From Ferruginibacter sp. (GTDB lineage Bacteria; Bacteroidota; Bacteroidia; Chitinophagales; Chitinophagaceae): a DNA stretch of 64,000 nt. The position numbers were made by a program, and so were the translations under genes. The notes beneath the pieces are model-generated. The model ran no database searches and was not told the origin of the DNA. It worked only from the letters and a program-made list of their open reading frames with translations. Positions 1 to 10,238 of this stretch are shown here, piece after piece. Each line of letters opens with the position of its first letter. Within the stretch, counting starts at the first letter, position 1. The DNA is taken from positions 14,664-78,663 of the forward strand of contig JBGANE010000007.1 of NCBI GenBank assembly GCA_044222465.1, written 5' to 3'.

Positions 1-69
1 CATATTTTCTGTGTTACGGATAAGATCATTGACTTGTCTAAACTTGATTCCGGTGTTTATGAATGGCTG

Positions 70-77
70 CAAAAATA
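70..77 (-). promoter_or_regulatory. Bacteroidota -7 promoter box (TATTTTTG) for a minus-strand gene probably starting at position 3 (outside the window)
   Basis: caaaaata at 70-77 is TAnnTTTG on the minus strand; cat (ATG) at 1-3. Confidence 0.45.
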
Positions 78-128
78 TTTTAATTACCTGCAGTAACGAA
101 AAAAAAGGGATGAATGGTATAAAGCTGT

Positions 129-1427
129 TTAGTTGTTGATTGCCTTAGGATAGTCGAATACCAGTTGGCAAAAAGTTTTCACCCCCACAAACAAACGGCT
201 ATCGTCGATCATAAATTCAGGAGTATGATGTGGTGGTGCAAGTTTAGGGTCATTACCCCTTGGCATTCCGCCAAAATAAAAAAAGAAGGCAGGGGATTTT
301 GTTCCATAATAGCTGAAGTCTTCCGCACCCGTAACCCATTCCATTGGCCGCACATTATCTTTCCCTGCCGCTACCTGTAAAGAAGGCAGCATTTTTTCAA
401 CAAGCTCAGGTGTATTGTAAGTAACGAGTGTCTTTTCAAAAAAATTCACTTCTGCCGTGGTATTAGATGCTTCTGCAATTTTAGCTGCGGTAAGTTTCAT
501 CCTTTCCTGTACATCCACAAGCATTTTGCTGTCGAGTGTTCTTAATGTCCCTTCAAGCATGGCTTCTTCAGGAATTATATTAAAGCGAACTCCACTGTTA
601 AATTTAGCAACAGTAATAACAACCGGTGCTTTCGTCAGGTCCATCTGGCGGCTTACAATATTCTGAAATCCTTCAATGATCTGTGCAGAGATGGCAATAG
701 GATCAATACCCAGCCAGGGTTGTGACCCATGAGTTCCTTTCCCCTTTACTTTAACAGTGAATTGATGAGCAGAAGCCATGAATGCACCGGGTTTGTATTG
801 AATATCTCCCGCAGGTATCCATGATTCAATGTGCATTCCAAATACCACATCTACTTTAGGATCATCCATCACACCCTCTTTTACCATTAATGGCGCCCCG
901 CCTTCTTCACCGGTTGGAGGGCCCTCTTCCGAGGGTTGAAAAATAAATTTTACTGTACCTGCTATATCTTTTTTCATCGATGATAAAACCTTAGCCGTAC
1001 CGATCAGCATGGCGGTATGTGCATCATGGCCACATGCATGCATGACGGGAACTTTTTGCCCGTTGTAGTCAGTACTGTCTTTTGAAGCATAGGGAATATT
1101 TACCCTTTCTTTCACCGGCAGTGCATCAATATCAGCTCTTAAAGCGATGACAGGCCCCGGTTTTCCTCCTTTTAGAATTGCCACAACACCGGTTTTGGCA
1201 ACACCTGTTTTAATTTCCAGGTCCAGGCCTTTGAGTTGCTCAACAATATAAGCAGCGGTCTTTACTTCCCTGTTGCCAAGCTCCGGGTTCTGATGAAGAT
1301 GCCTTCTCCATTCGGTCAATTTGTTTCGGAGTTTCTGCGATTCCTCGTCAATGGTCTTTGAAATATCCTGTGCAGAAAGTGTATTGATAAATGAAAAGGA
1401 TAAAAGAACAAGGATTATTTTTATCAT
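129..1427 (-). CDS. M20 family amidohydrolase/peptidase with signal peptide
   Basis: HLHQNPELGNRE, ALRADIDALP, MHACGHDAH, QPSEEG and GAEDFS motifs. Confidence 0.92.
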   Translation of the reverse strand: MIKIILVLLSFSFINTLSAQDISKTIDEESQKLRNKLTEWRRHLHQNPELGNREVKTAAYIVEQLKGLDLEIKTGVAKTGVVAILKGGKPGPVIALRADIDALPVKERVNIPYASKDSTDYNGQKVPVMHACGHDAHTAMLIGTAKVLSSMKKDIAGTVKFIFQPSEEGPPTGEEGGAPLMVKEGVMDDPKVDVVFGMHIESWIPAGDIQYKPGAFMASAHQFTVKVKGKGTHGSQPWLGIDPIAISAQIIEGFQNIVSRQMDLTKAPVVITVAKFNSGVRFNIIPEEAMLEGTLRTLDSKMLVDVQERMKLTAAKIAEASNTTAEVNFFEKTLVTYNTPELVEKMLPSLQVAAGKDNVRPMEWVTGAEDFSYYGTKSPAFFFYFGGMPRGNDPKLAPPHHTPEFMIDDSRLFVGVKTFCQLVFDYPKAINN

Positions 1428-1457
1428 ATTACGGGTGCTATTTATTGTTCGGTAGAT

Positions 1458-3029
1458 CTATTTATATTCTCCAAAAACTTTCCTCAATTCATCCGCTATT
1501 TCACCAAGCGTACAATAATTCTCCACTGCTTCAACAACTGCAGGCATCAGGTTTTCGCCACTAACCGCTTTTTGATGTAATGATTGTAAAGAAGCGGCAA
1601 CTTTTGCATTATTCCTTTTCAGTCTTAGTGCTTTTAATTTTTCAACCTGCACGGTTTGTACATTTTCATCAACCTTAAATACAGGAATTGAATTACTTGT
1701 CTCGGTCTGGAATTTATTTACACCAACAATGATTTTTTCACCATTCTCAATCTGTCGCTGGTATTCGTAAGCGCTCTTGGCGATCTCTTCCTGTATAAAA
1801 CCCCGTTCAATAGCGGCCACACTGCCACCCATCGCATCGATCTTTGCGATCAACTTAAGTGCTGCAGCTTCCACTTCATTGGTAAGCGATTCAATAAAAT
1901 AACTTCCTGCCAGGGGATCAACCGTATCAGGTGCTCCACTCTCAAAAGCAACGATCTGTTGCGTACGCAATGCAATAGCTGCAGCTTCTTCAGTAGGAAG
2001 GCTTAATGCTTCATCATAGCCGTTGGTATGTAATGATTGTGTACCGCCGAGCACAGCAGCTAAGGTTTGTACCGTTACCCGGCTGATATTATTGAAAGGT
2101 TGTTGTGCCGTTAATGTACTGCCTCCGGTTTGTGTATGAAAACGAAGCATCATCGCTTTGGGATCAGTGGCGCCGAGTTCTTTCATAATACTTGCCCACA
2201 TGCGCCTGGCAGCCCTGAATTTGGCAACTTCTTCAAATAAATTATTGTGGGCATTAAAAAAGAAAGAAAGCCGTTTTCCAAAAACATTTATGTCCAGGCC
2301 TTTTTCCAATGCGGCTTTAACATATGCCTTACCATTACTTAAGGTAAATGCAATTTCCTGCACGGCCGTACTTCCGGCTTCACGAATATGATAGCCTGAG
2401 ATGGATATGGTATTCCATTTAGGTATCTCTTTAGCACACCATTCAAAAATATCGGTGATGATACGCATGGAAGCTTTGGGAGGATAGATATATGTTCCTC
2501 TTGCGGCGTATTCTTTTAAAATATCGTTTTGTATTGTACCTGATATCTTTTTAAGATCAGCGCCTTGCTTTTTTGCAAGCGCTATATAAAATGCCAAAAG
2601 AATAAATCCACTTGCATTGATCGTCATGGAACTGGATACTTCATCCAGTTTAATTCCACGGAATAATATCTCCATATCTTCCAGGCTGTCGATAGCAACA
2701 CCCACTTTACCCACTTCACCGTCTGCCAGCGGATGGTCGCTGTCATAACCAATTTGTGTAGGAAGATCAAATGCCACACTCAAACCATTTACACCCTGGC
2801 TCAACAGGTAATGATAACGCTGGTTACTTTCTTCGGCAGTAGAGAAGCCGGCATATTGCCGCATGGTCCATAGCTTGCCACGGTACATATCAGGCTGCAC
2901 GCCACGGGTGAAAGGGAATTCTCCAGCCCCCCCGCTCCCCGAAGGGGGGAGTGAGGAAAGGTCTTCATGAGTATAAATCGTTTTTATTTCAATACCTGAA
3001 TCTGTATAGATTTTTTTATTTGCAGGCAT
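1458..3029 (-). CDS. Methylmalonyl-CoA mutase, large (substrate-binding) subunit, without fused B12-binding domain
   Basis: [81 protein letters not shown]. Confidence 0.95.
   Translation of the reverse strand: MPANKKIYTDSGIEIKTIYTHEDLSSLPPSGSGGAGEFPFTRGVQPDMYRGKLWTMRQYAGFSTAEESNQRYHYLLSQGVNGLSVAFDLPTQIGYDSDHPLADGEVGKVGVAIDSLEDMEILFRGIKLDEVSSSMTINASGFILLAFYIALAKKQGADLKKISGTIQNDILKEYAARGTYIYPPKASMRIITDIFEWCAKEIPKWNTISISGYHIREAGSTAVQEIAFTLSNGKAYVKAALEKGLDINVFGKRLSFFFNAHNNLFEEVAKFRAARRMWASIMKELGATDPKAMMLRFHTQTGGSTLTAQQPFNNISRVTVQTLAAVLGGTQSLHTNGYDEALSLPTEEAAAIALRTQQIVAFESGAPDTVDPLAGSYFIESLTNEVEAAALKLIAKIDAMGGSVAAIERGFIQEEIAKSAYEYQRQIENGEKIIVGVNKFQTETSNSIPVFKVDENVQTVQVEKLKALRLKRNNAKVAASLQSLHQKAVSGENLMPAVVEAVENYCTLGEIADELRKVFGEYK
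2926..2955. repeat. GC-rich miniature hairpin repeat, in frame within the mutase N-terminus
   Basis: gcccccccgctccccgaaggggggagtgagg; stem CTCCCC/GGGGAG; encodes LPPSGSGGA on the minus strand; very GC-rich against its surroundings. Confidence 0.55.
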
Positions 3030-3059
3030 AATTATTAAAAAATTTAAAACTGTTTCGTG

Positions 3060-3578
3060 TTATAAAAGTCTTTTGGCTTCAAATTGCAAAGCGCTTAGCA
3101 CAACTGTATTGAGTTCTGCATTAGTACTTGCCACATATTCTAAAAGGCGTTTGCTCAATTCTATACCATTGGCTTCTGAGGGAAGCGTTGCAGCGATCTG
3201 GTTAATGATAAAAATATTCTGATCTTTTAAATTGCCAATAGCTTTCCACATTTCGGGGCTGATATAGATCTGTTGAGTAACATTATATTCATACTCCGAC
3301 CTGAGAGTCTCTAAAAGCGTAAGTTGAAGGTCAACTACCGTTAAGCCCGAAGAAGGCGTACGGGATACCAGGTTTTTTAATGAAGACCGCTCGGCAAATA
3401 AAGTAAAACGTTCCAGGGCCTGCAACCGCAACTTAGTGATCTCGTCATTGATGCCAACTTTTTCCCTTATCTCATCCTTCATACCCTTGAACTCACCGAG
3501 CAGCCATGCCAGCACCACAATGAATAAAAAAATGGAGGCCAGAATAATATTTTGAATCGTACCTGAAGAAAGATCCAT
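3060..3578 (-). CDS. Conserved Bacteroidota hypothetical membrane protein (N-terminal TM helix)
   Basis: Likely ATG at 3578 (MDLSSG...); LRLQALERFTLFAER and EYEYNVTQQIY motifs. Confidence 0.75.
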   Translation of the reverse strand: MDLSSGTIQNIILASIFLFIVVLAWLLGEFKGMKDEIREKVGINDEITKLRLQALERFTLFAERSSLKNLVSRTPSSGLTVVDLQLTLLETLRSEYEYNVTQQIYISPEMWKAIGNLKDQNIFIINQIAATLPSEANGIELSKRLLEYVASTNAELNTVVLSALQFEAKRLL

Positions 3579-3694
3579 ATCCTTAATTTGAAACAAAAAT
3601 AAGGGATTGTGTGGATGTTAAGGGTGGTGCCATAAAAAGGCGGGCTATCTTTAATGAACTTCGCAATTCGTAAAGCCTGGTTGACGTTATTATT

Positions 3695-3702
3695 TAACTT
3701 TG
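3695..3702 (+). promoter_or_regulatory. Bacteroidota -7 promoter box TAACTTTG
   Basis: Matches TAnnTTTG, 15 nt upstream of the iscA ATG. Confidence 0.6.
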
Positions 3703-3717
3703 TACAAAAGTTTTAAT

Positions 3718-4062
3718 ATGGAAACTGCAACATCAATACCGGTAACATTAACGCCATCGGCAGTAAACGAGATCAGGCGCCTGATGAGTGAAGACGGTTT
3801 TAATAAAAGCCAGTCTTTGCGGATCGGGGTAAAGGGAGGTGGATGCAGTGGCATGACCTATGTTTTGGGTTTCGATTCTAAAACAGAGAAGGACGAAAGT
3901 TTTGACATCAGCGGCATACCTGTTGTAATGGATAAAGCACAGGGCATTTATCTGATGGGAATGGAAGTGGACTGGCAGGGTGGCTTAAATTCACGGGGGT
4001 TTACCTTCAATAATCCCAATGCCAGCAAGACCTGTGGTTGCGGGACAAGCTTTGCTGTGTAA
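3718..4062 (+). CDS. iscA: HesB/IscA family iron-sulfur cluster assembly accessory protein
   Basis: LRIGVKGGGCSGMTY and FNNPNASKTCGCGTSF motifs; ATG at 3718. Confidence 0.95.
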   Translation: METATSIPVTLTPSAVNEIRRLMSEDGFNKSQSLRIGVKGGGCSGMTYVLGFDSKTEKDESFDISGIPVVMDKAQGIYLMGMEVDWQGGLNSRGFTFNNPNASKTCGCGTSFAV

Positions 4063-4080
4063 TTAAAAATATTTATGGAT

Positions 4081-4118
4081 ATGAAAGAAGCCCCGTTAAT
4101 TAGCGGGGCTTCTTTCAT
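4081..4118. terminator. Bidirectional intrinsic terminator between convergent iscA and secDF
   Basis: Perfect 15-bp arms ATGAAAGAAGCCCCG / CGGGGCTTCTTTCAT. Confidence 0.85.
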
Positions 4119-4136
4119 TATAACTCAGATATAAAA

Positions 4137-7085
4137 CTAGACCGGCTTCTTTTTTTCCTCAACTGCATCTGCTGCTCCCAAAGGTTTGTTCTTGGCGAAG
4201 TCGATCAGCACCGGTGCACCTACAAAGATAGAAGAGTAAGTGCCGGTAACAACACCAACCAGCATGGCAAAAGCAAAACCACGGGTTACCTCACCGCCAA
4301 AGATGAACAATATCAGGATGGTAAGAAACACCGTAAGCGATGTCATAATGGTACGGCTCAGCGTATCATTAATCGCACTGTTGATGATAGTTGTTTTGCT
4401 TGCCCCTTTCTTATCCCGGCTGTATTCCCTGATACGGTCAAATACAATTACGGTATCATTCATCGAAAAACCGATAACCGTTAACACAGCTGCAATAAAG
4501 TGCTGGTCAATTTCAAGCGGGAAGGGTACGATGTTTTTAAAGAATGAGAAAACGGCAAGTGTTATAAGTACGTCGTGCAGTAAAGTAAAGATAGTTCCCA
4601 TCGAATATCTCCAGTCACGGAAACGGATGAAGATATATATGAAGATGATCAGGATAGCAAAAATGGTTGCTTTAACAGCGCCACGTTTTAAGTCATCCGA
4701 TATACTCGGTTGTACGGCTGAGTAACCTTGTATATTCTTTTTTGCAAATTCGGCATGGCTCAGGTTTGCAGGTAATACTTTTTTCAATCCGTCGTGAAGC
4801 CTCGATATTACGGCACTATCTGCATTATCAACACCTTTCAGGTAAGCAGTTGTTATATTTAAATGACGGGAATCACCAACTGTTTTAATAGTAGGGTTAT
4901 CTCCATCCAATGCGGCTTTAAGATCATCACGTACTTCATTGGTAGTAACGGGCCTGTCAAACTGAACGGTATAGCTGCGGCCTCCTTTAAATTCAACACC
5001 TAAATGAAAACCGTTAAAGAAAGAGGCAACACCCAGTATCAATACAACAATCGAGATCATGTAGGCATATTTCCTGAACTCAATGAATTTATAGCTGGCG
5101 TGTTTAAATATCCTTTTAGATAATGCCGTAAAATAATTGAAGTGACGGTTCTTGTTTGTCCAGAAATCAGTGATCAACCTGGATACCAAAATTCCGCAGA
5201 ATAAAGAGAGCAGGATACCGATGATCTGTGTGGTGGCGAAACCCAGTACAGGGCCAAGGCCGAAATAAGCCAGAATGATGGCAGTAAGTAAAGAAGTTAC
5301 GTGGGCATCAATTACCGGTGCAAGCGAACGCCTGTAACCATCATTTACCGCCAGCTGGTAGGACTTGCCCTTCGTCAACTCTTCTTTTATCCTTTCAAAA
5401 ATAATTACGTTGGTATCTACTGCCAAACCAATGGTAAGTACCAAACCGGCAATACCGGCAGCAGTTAATGTAAAGCCCATTGCAGTCAATACGCCAATGG
5501 TGAACAGTAAATTCAGGATTAGAGCAATATTAGCAACCCATCCGCCGGTGTTATAATAAACCAGCATTAAAATAAATATCACCAGGAAAGAGATACCAAA
5601 TGCCATAGCACCACCTCTTACTGATTCCTTACCTAAAGTTGGCCCTACTACCTGTTGTGCAACAATCTTGGCAGGAGCATCCAGTTTACCAGATTTTAAA
5701 ATATTGGCAAGATCCTGTGCTTCCTGAACAGTAAAGTTTCCGGCAATTTCGGAACTACCACCTTCAATCGGGCCATTTACATTTGGCGCCGAATACACGA
5801 TATCATCCAGTGCAATTGCGATAGGGCGGTTTACATTTTTCGTAGTAAGCCTTGCCCAGGTTTTTGCACCGGTACCGGTCATTTCCATTTTAATGGCAGG
5901 GCGGCCTCTTTCATCAAAATCCTGCCTGGCTTCTGCCACGCCTTCACCTTCCAGCGGGGCCTTTTCACTGCCAGGTAGTGTTTTTACTGCATACAGCGGG
6001 AAATATCTTTGAGTTCCTTTGTCAGCTTTTTCTTCAATACCTAACAAAAATTTACAGTCGGCAGGGATAGCATTCTTAACTACTTCATTATTCAGATATT
6101 CAAAAAACACACCGGTATCCTGTACTGCTATGTTACCAATGTTCGACATGAAATATTGCTTACCATCCTTATCCGTTTGCGGATTTTGCGGATTCATCAC
6201 CCTGAAGAAAGGGTTTACATTCTGCAATTTTTTGATAGAATCGGCCTTACCTATACTGTCCGTAACACCATTCAGGTAGTTTTGCAGGTTTTCATCAGCT
6301 ACTTTTAAAGAAGCCGCTAATTCATCAATGCGGTACACTTCCCAAAACTGTAAGTGAGCTGAAGCCTGTAATAATTTACGTACCCTGTCAATGTCTGTTA
6401 CACCGGCAAGTTCAACGTTGATGATACCTTTGTTCTCATCAAAATTAATATTGGGCTGGGCCACTCCAAATTTATCAATACGACGAACAAGTATCTTATA
6501 GGTTTCTTTGATAGCGCCCGATGCAATCGTTTTTAATTTGCTTATAACCGTAGCATCGTTATCGTTTGGTTTTACTTCTTTACCTGCTCCTGCAAATATG
6601 GAAGCTAATTTTCCTGGGCCATTCTGTTTGATATAAGAATCGGTGAACAGAGTAATAAAATCCGCATCGCTGTTGGTTTTTTGCGCTACTGCAGTCCTGA
6701 GAGCATTCTGTAAAAGCGGATCTTTAGAATTATTGCTTAAAGATTTCAACAAATCAACCAGGCTTACATCCAAAGTAACACTGATACCACCCTGCAGATC
6801 CAAGCCAAGGTTCAGCTCATTGGCTTTACATTGTTTGTATGTTGTTCCAAAAATCGGGTAAATGCTTTTTTCAGCGGTGCTGTCGAGGATACGTTTTTTT
6901 CTGAATTCTATGGCTGCTTCCTTTTCATCGCCTTTCAGACCGGGGAAAGATGCTTTTACTATTTTTTGTGCTTTAGCAGTTACCGAACTTTCGTAATTAC
7001 GTACCACCCATGTATAGGATAATTCCCAAAGTGAAATGATAATTAGTGCAATTGTAAAAAACCAAACTAAACCTTTTAGCTTCAT
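4137..7085 (-). CDS. secDF: Protein translocase subunit SecDF (fused)
   Basis: LNLGLDLQGG, RRIDKFGVAQP, VGPTLG, DTNVIIFERIKEE, LGVEFKGG, DTVIVFDRIRE, TLSRTIMTS. Confidence 0.97.
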   Translation of the reverse strand: MKLKGLVWFFTIALIIISLWELSYTWVVRNYESSVTAKAQKIVKASFPGLKGDEKEAAIEFRKKRILDSTAEKSIYPIFGTTYKQCKANELNLGLDLQGGISVTLDVSLVDLLKSLSNNSKDPLLQNALRTAVAQKTNSDADFITLFTDSYIKQNGPGKLASIFAGAGKEVKPNDNDATVISKLKTIASGAIKETYKILVRRIDKFGVAQPNINFDENKGIINVELAGVTDIDRVRKLLQASAHLQFWEVYRIDELAASLKVADENLQNYLNGVTDSIGKADSIKKLQNVNPFFRVMNPQNPQTDKDGKQYFMSNIGNIAVQDTGVFFEYLNNEVVKNAIPADCKFLLGIEEKADKGTQRYFPLYAVKTLPGSEKAPLEGEGVAEARQDFDERGRPAIKMEMTGTGAKTWARLTTKNVNRPIAIALDDIVYSAPNVNGPIEGGSSEIAGNFTVQEAQDLANILKSGKLDAPAKIVAQQVVGPTLGKESVRGGAMAFGISFLVIFILMLVYYNTGGWVANIALILNLLFTIGVLTAMGFTLTAAGIAGLVLTIGLAVDTNVIIFERIKEELTKGKSYQLAVNDGYRRSLAPVIDAHVTSLLTAIILAYFGLGPVLGFATTQIIGILLSLFCGILVSRLITDFWTNKNRHFNYFTALSKRIFKHASYKFIEFRKYAYMISIVVLILGVASFFNGFHLGVEFKGGRSYTVQFDRPVTTNEVRDDLKAALDGDNPTIKTVGDSRHLNITTAYLKGVDNADSAVISRLHDGLKKVLPANLSHAEFAKKNIQGYSAVQPSISDDLKRGAVKATIFAILIIFIYIFIRFRDWRYSMGTIFTLLHDVLITLAVFSFFKNIVPFPLEIDQHFIAAVLTVIGFSMNDTVIVFDRIREYSRDKKGASKTTIINSAINDTLSRTIMTSLTVFLTILILFIFGGEVTRGFAFAMLVGVVTGTYSSIFVGAPVLIDFAKNKPLGAADAVEEKKKPV

Positions 7086-7132
7086 AATAATAAACGTTTT
7101 TAGTAGCTTCTCTGTTGAATTTTAGAAGTGTG

Positions 7133-7140
7133 CAAAGATA
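7133..7140 (-). promoter_or_regulatory. -7 promoter box TATCTTTG for secDF
   Basis: caaagata at 7133-7140. Confidence 0.6.
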
Positions 7141-7213
7141 GGGGAAAAACCGATTGACTATTATTGGCTGTTATTTTTAGAATTTTACGCATTTTACACT
7201 GAAAACCAATGGT

Positions 7214-8554
7214 ATGACCTTTAAATACAACCACTTTCTGAATTTTGTGGCAGCATTGGCAATTTTCATTTCCTGTAGTAGTGCAAAGCAGGGGAAAAAC
7301 ATTAGGAACAAGACCTTCCCAGTGACGGGAGCTGTGCCCGCAGATACCACCAGGACCGACGTATTTTTGGAGACCTTGCTAAAACAATATCCCCAGTATT
7401 TCGATAGCATCTTAACCCATAAAAAAGACTGGAACATACAGATCATTTATACACAGGTTAACAGGGGGAGAAACAATGTGCCGGCTTTTCAAAACCATTA
7501 TTTTAATGTGAATGCGTCCAGGTATTTTTATCCTGCATCGACTGTAAAACTTCCCATTGTTTTGCTTGCCTTACAAAGATTAAATGAGTTAAAAGATAAA
7601 GGTATCAACAGGAATACAACCATGATAACCGAAACGGCTTTTAGTGGACAGTCAGCCGTTTATAATGACCCGACTACAGTATCTGGAAGACCCACCATCG
7701 CACAGTACATAAAAAAAATACTGATGGTCAGCGATAACGATGCATTTAACCGGCTATACGAATTTTTAGGTCAGGAATACATAAACAGGGAGTTGCACAA
7801 GAAAGGGTATGAGGATGTACAGATATTACATCGCCTGGACATTTTTTTAACGCAGGAAGAAAACAGGCAGACCAACCCGGTAATTTTTTTAGATAGCAAT
7901 AATAATATCCTTTATAGCCAACCTGCACGGAGGAATGCTGAAGTATATGCACAAAGAACAGATAGTATGGGTAATGGTTTTTACCGTGGAGGTAATTTGA
8001 TCAATGGTGCAATGGATTTTTCAAGAAAGAACCGGATCAGCCTGGAGGATCTCCACCAGATACTGATGAGTCTTGTATTTCCAGGTAAAGTAAAACCAGG
8101 CCAGCGGTTTAATATTACAGAAGAAGACAGGCAGTTTGTTTTAAAATATATGAGCCAGTACCCCACCGAAAGTAGTTACCCGCCTTATGCTTCCGATACG
8201 GTAAACTATTGGCCTGCCTATTGTAAGTTTTTATTGTTGGGAGCCGAAAAAGGGAGTCAGCCGGAAAATATCCGCATCTTTAATAAAGTGGGCGATGCGT
8301 ATGGTCATATGATCGATGTGGCTTATATCGTTGATCATAAAAACAAAATTGAGTTTTTTATTTCGGCCCTTATTTATTGTAACAGTGATGGGATATTGAA
8401 TGATGACAAATACGACTATAAGACCATCGGTCTTCCGTTCATGAAAAATCTCGGTAAGATTATTTACGATCATGAATTGAAAAGGGAGTATAAATTCAAG
8501 CCCGATCTATCGCCGTTTATATTCACTTACGATACCCCATTGCTCAAACAGTAA
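7214..8554 (+). CDS. Serine hydrolase / class A beta-lactamase-like lipoprotein
   Basis: FYPASTVKL (SxxK), VSDNDA (SDN), FNKVG (KxG); lipobox-like IFISCS. Confidence 0.8.
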   Translation: MTFKYNHFLNFVAALAIFISCSSAKQGKNIRNKTFPVTGAVPADTTRTDVFLETLLKQYPQYFDSILTHKKDWNIQIIYTQVNRGRNNVPAFQNHYFNVNASRYFYPASTVKLPIVLLALQRLNELKDKGINRNTTMITETAFSGQSAVYNDPTTVSGRPTIAQYIKKILMVSDNDAFNRLYEFLGQEYINRELHKKGYEDVQILHRLDIFLTQEENRQTNPVIFLDSNNNILYSQPARRNAEVYAQRTDSMGNGFYRGGNLINGAMDFSRKNRISLEDLHQILMSLVFPGKVKPGQRFNITEEDRQFVLKYMSQYPTESSYPPYASDTVNYWPAYCKFLLLGAEKGSQPENIRIFNKVGDAYGHMIDVAYIVDHKNKIEFFISALIYCNSDGILNDDKYDYKTIGLPFMKNLGKIIYDHELKREYKFKPDLSPFIFTYDTPLLKQ

Positions 8555-8587
8555 TATGATGGGTCATCGTGATACACAGTAAATAGT

Positions 8588-8595
8588 TATTTTTG
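8588..8595 (+). promoter_or_regulatory. -7 promoter box TATTTTTG for aspC
   Basis: TAnnTTTG about 22 nt upstream of the ATG. Confidence 0.55.
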
Positions 8596-8617
8596 TCTGC
8601 AACAAAAAAACCTGTTC

Positions 8618-9790
8618 ATGCAATTATCATCACTACTGCAACGCTTCAATGAACCAGAAACATTGAAAATGGCCAAGTTGGGCCGGGAATTAAGAGCAAA
8701 AGGTTTTGATATTACCGACCTGAGTTTGGGTGAACCTGATTTTGATACACCCGATCATATTAAAACAGCTGCAAAAAAAGCTATTGATGAAAATTACAGC
8801 CACTATACACCTGTGGCCGGTTACCCCGACCTGAGAGAAGCAGTTTGTGCAAAATTGAAAAGAGATAACAATCTTGAGTACACACCCGACCAGGTTATTG
8901 TGAGTACGGGTGCCAAACAAAGTATTTTTAACACTGTTATGAGCATTGTTGACCAGGGAGATGAGGTAATCATCCCTACACCATACTGGGTCACTTATTC
9001 TGAGATAGTAAGAATGGCTGGGGGAGTTGTGAAATTTGTAAATGCATCAATTAAGAACGGATATAAAATAACTCCTGAAGAATTAGAAACAGCTATAACA
9101 GAAAGATCAAAGCTGTTTATGTTTTCATCGCCTTGTAATCCCAGTGGGGCTGTATATTCCAAAGCAGAGCTAACGGCTCTGGCTGAAGTGTTCAGAAAAT
9201 ATCCTGCTATCTTCATCATGAGTGATGAGATATATGAGTTCATCAATTATGATGGGGAGCATCAAAGTATTGCTCAATTTGATTTCCTGAAAGACAGGGT
9301 CATTCTTGTTAACGGTCTTAGTAAAGCCTATGCCATGACCGGTTGGAGACTTGGGTATATTGCGGCTCATACAGCCATTGCCCGTGCCTGTGAAAAAATA
9401 CAGGGGCAGGTTACCAGTGGCACCAATGCCGTTACGCAAAGGGCGGCCATCGCTGCATTGACGGGCGACATGAAACCAACGGAAATGATGATCGCTGAGT
9501 TTACAAAACGCAGGGCAAGAGTGATGGATCTGGTGAAAGAACTGCCGGGAATAGAATGCAGCGAGCCTGAGGGCGCATTTTACGTTTTTCCTAAAGTAAA
9601 CAGCTATTTCGGTAAGTCTGATGGAGAAGACAAGATAGAAAATGCCGATGACCTCTGCATGTACCTGCTGAACAAAGCGCATGTATCTACTGTTACCGGG
9701 AAGGCATTTGGAGAGACGAACTGTATCCGGGTGTCTTTTGCCAACAGCCTGGAAAATATTGAGAAGGGATTTGCTTTCATATTATTTTAA
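8618..9790 (+). CDS. aspC: PLP-dependent aminotransferase class I/II (aspartate aminotransferase); C-terminus looks clipped
   Basis: LSLGEPDFDTP, SPCNPSG, SDEIYE, NGLSKAYAMTGWRLG, PEGAFY. Confidence 0.9.
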   Translation: MQLSSLLQRFNEPETLKMAKLGRELRAKGFDITDLSLGEPDFDTPDHIKTAAKKAIDENYSHYTPVAGYPDLREAVCAKLKRDNNLEYTPDQVIVSTGAKQSIFNTVMSIVDQGDEVIIPTPYWVTYSEIVRMAGGVVKFVNASIKNGYKITPEELETAITERSKLFMFSSPCNPSGAVYSKAELTALAEVFRKYPAIFIMSDEIYEFINYDGEHQSIAQFDFLKDRVILVNGLSKAYAMTGWRLGYIAAHTAIARACEKIQGQVTSGTNAVTQRAAIAALTGDMKPTEMMIAEFTKRRARVMDLVKELPGIECSEPEGAFYVFPKVNSYFGKSDGEDKIENADDLCMYLLNKAHVSTVTGKAFGETNCIRVSFANSLENIEKGFAFILF

Positions 9791-9819
9791 TACATTTACC
9801 AAAACATAAGCATCAAACA

Positions 9820-10164
9820 ATGAAAAAATTATTTGCCACTTTAAGTATAGTATTCGGGTTGACTCTTGCTGTTTCTGCACAAAACACTAAAGCTTCCGAG
9901 GCTCGTACACCAAAGTCAATTACCAAAGAAACTCCGGCTTCAGATGTTAAAACTGACAAAGTAAAAACTACCGATACACCTGCAAAAGATAAAATTGTAA
10001 AACCTGCTGTTGAAACAACTCCTTTTTCAACAGAAACGGCTTCAAAGCCTAAAGATGAGGCAGAAACTGAAACGGCTGATGTTGAGAAGCCAGTAAGTGA
10101 TGTTAAGCCGGCCAAAGTTGTTTCAACTGAAAAAACAGTAAAGCCTGCCAAGATAAAAAATTAA
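9820..10164 (+). CDS. Exported low-complexity Lys/Thr/Pro/Glu-rich hypothetical protein
   Basis: Signal peptide MKKLFATLSIVFGLTLAVSAQ, disordered composition, followed by a terminator. Confidence 0.75.
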   Translation: MKKLFATLSIVFGLTLAVSAQNTKASEARTPKSITKETPASDVKTDKVKTTDTPAKDKIVKPAVETTPFSTETASKPKDEAETETADVEKPVSDVKPAKVVSTEKTVKPAKIKN

Positions 10165-10182
10165 TTCTTCATAATTTATAAT

Positions 10183-10215
10183 AAAAAAAACACCAGGATC
10201 GCTGGTGTTTTTTTT
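10183..10215. terminator. Bidirectional intrinsic terminator
   Basis: A8-CACCAG-GATCG-CTGGTG-T8. Confidence 0.85.
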
Positions 10216-10238
10216 ATGCTGGCTGGTAATGACCATAT

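Noticed and set aside
1458-3029. Mutase lacking a B12-binding domain as a pseudogene
   Set aside because: Split two-gene mutases are common, and the ORF ends at the normal position for the stand-alone large subunit.
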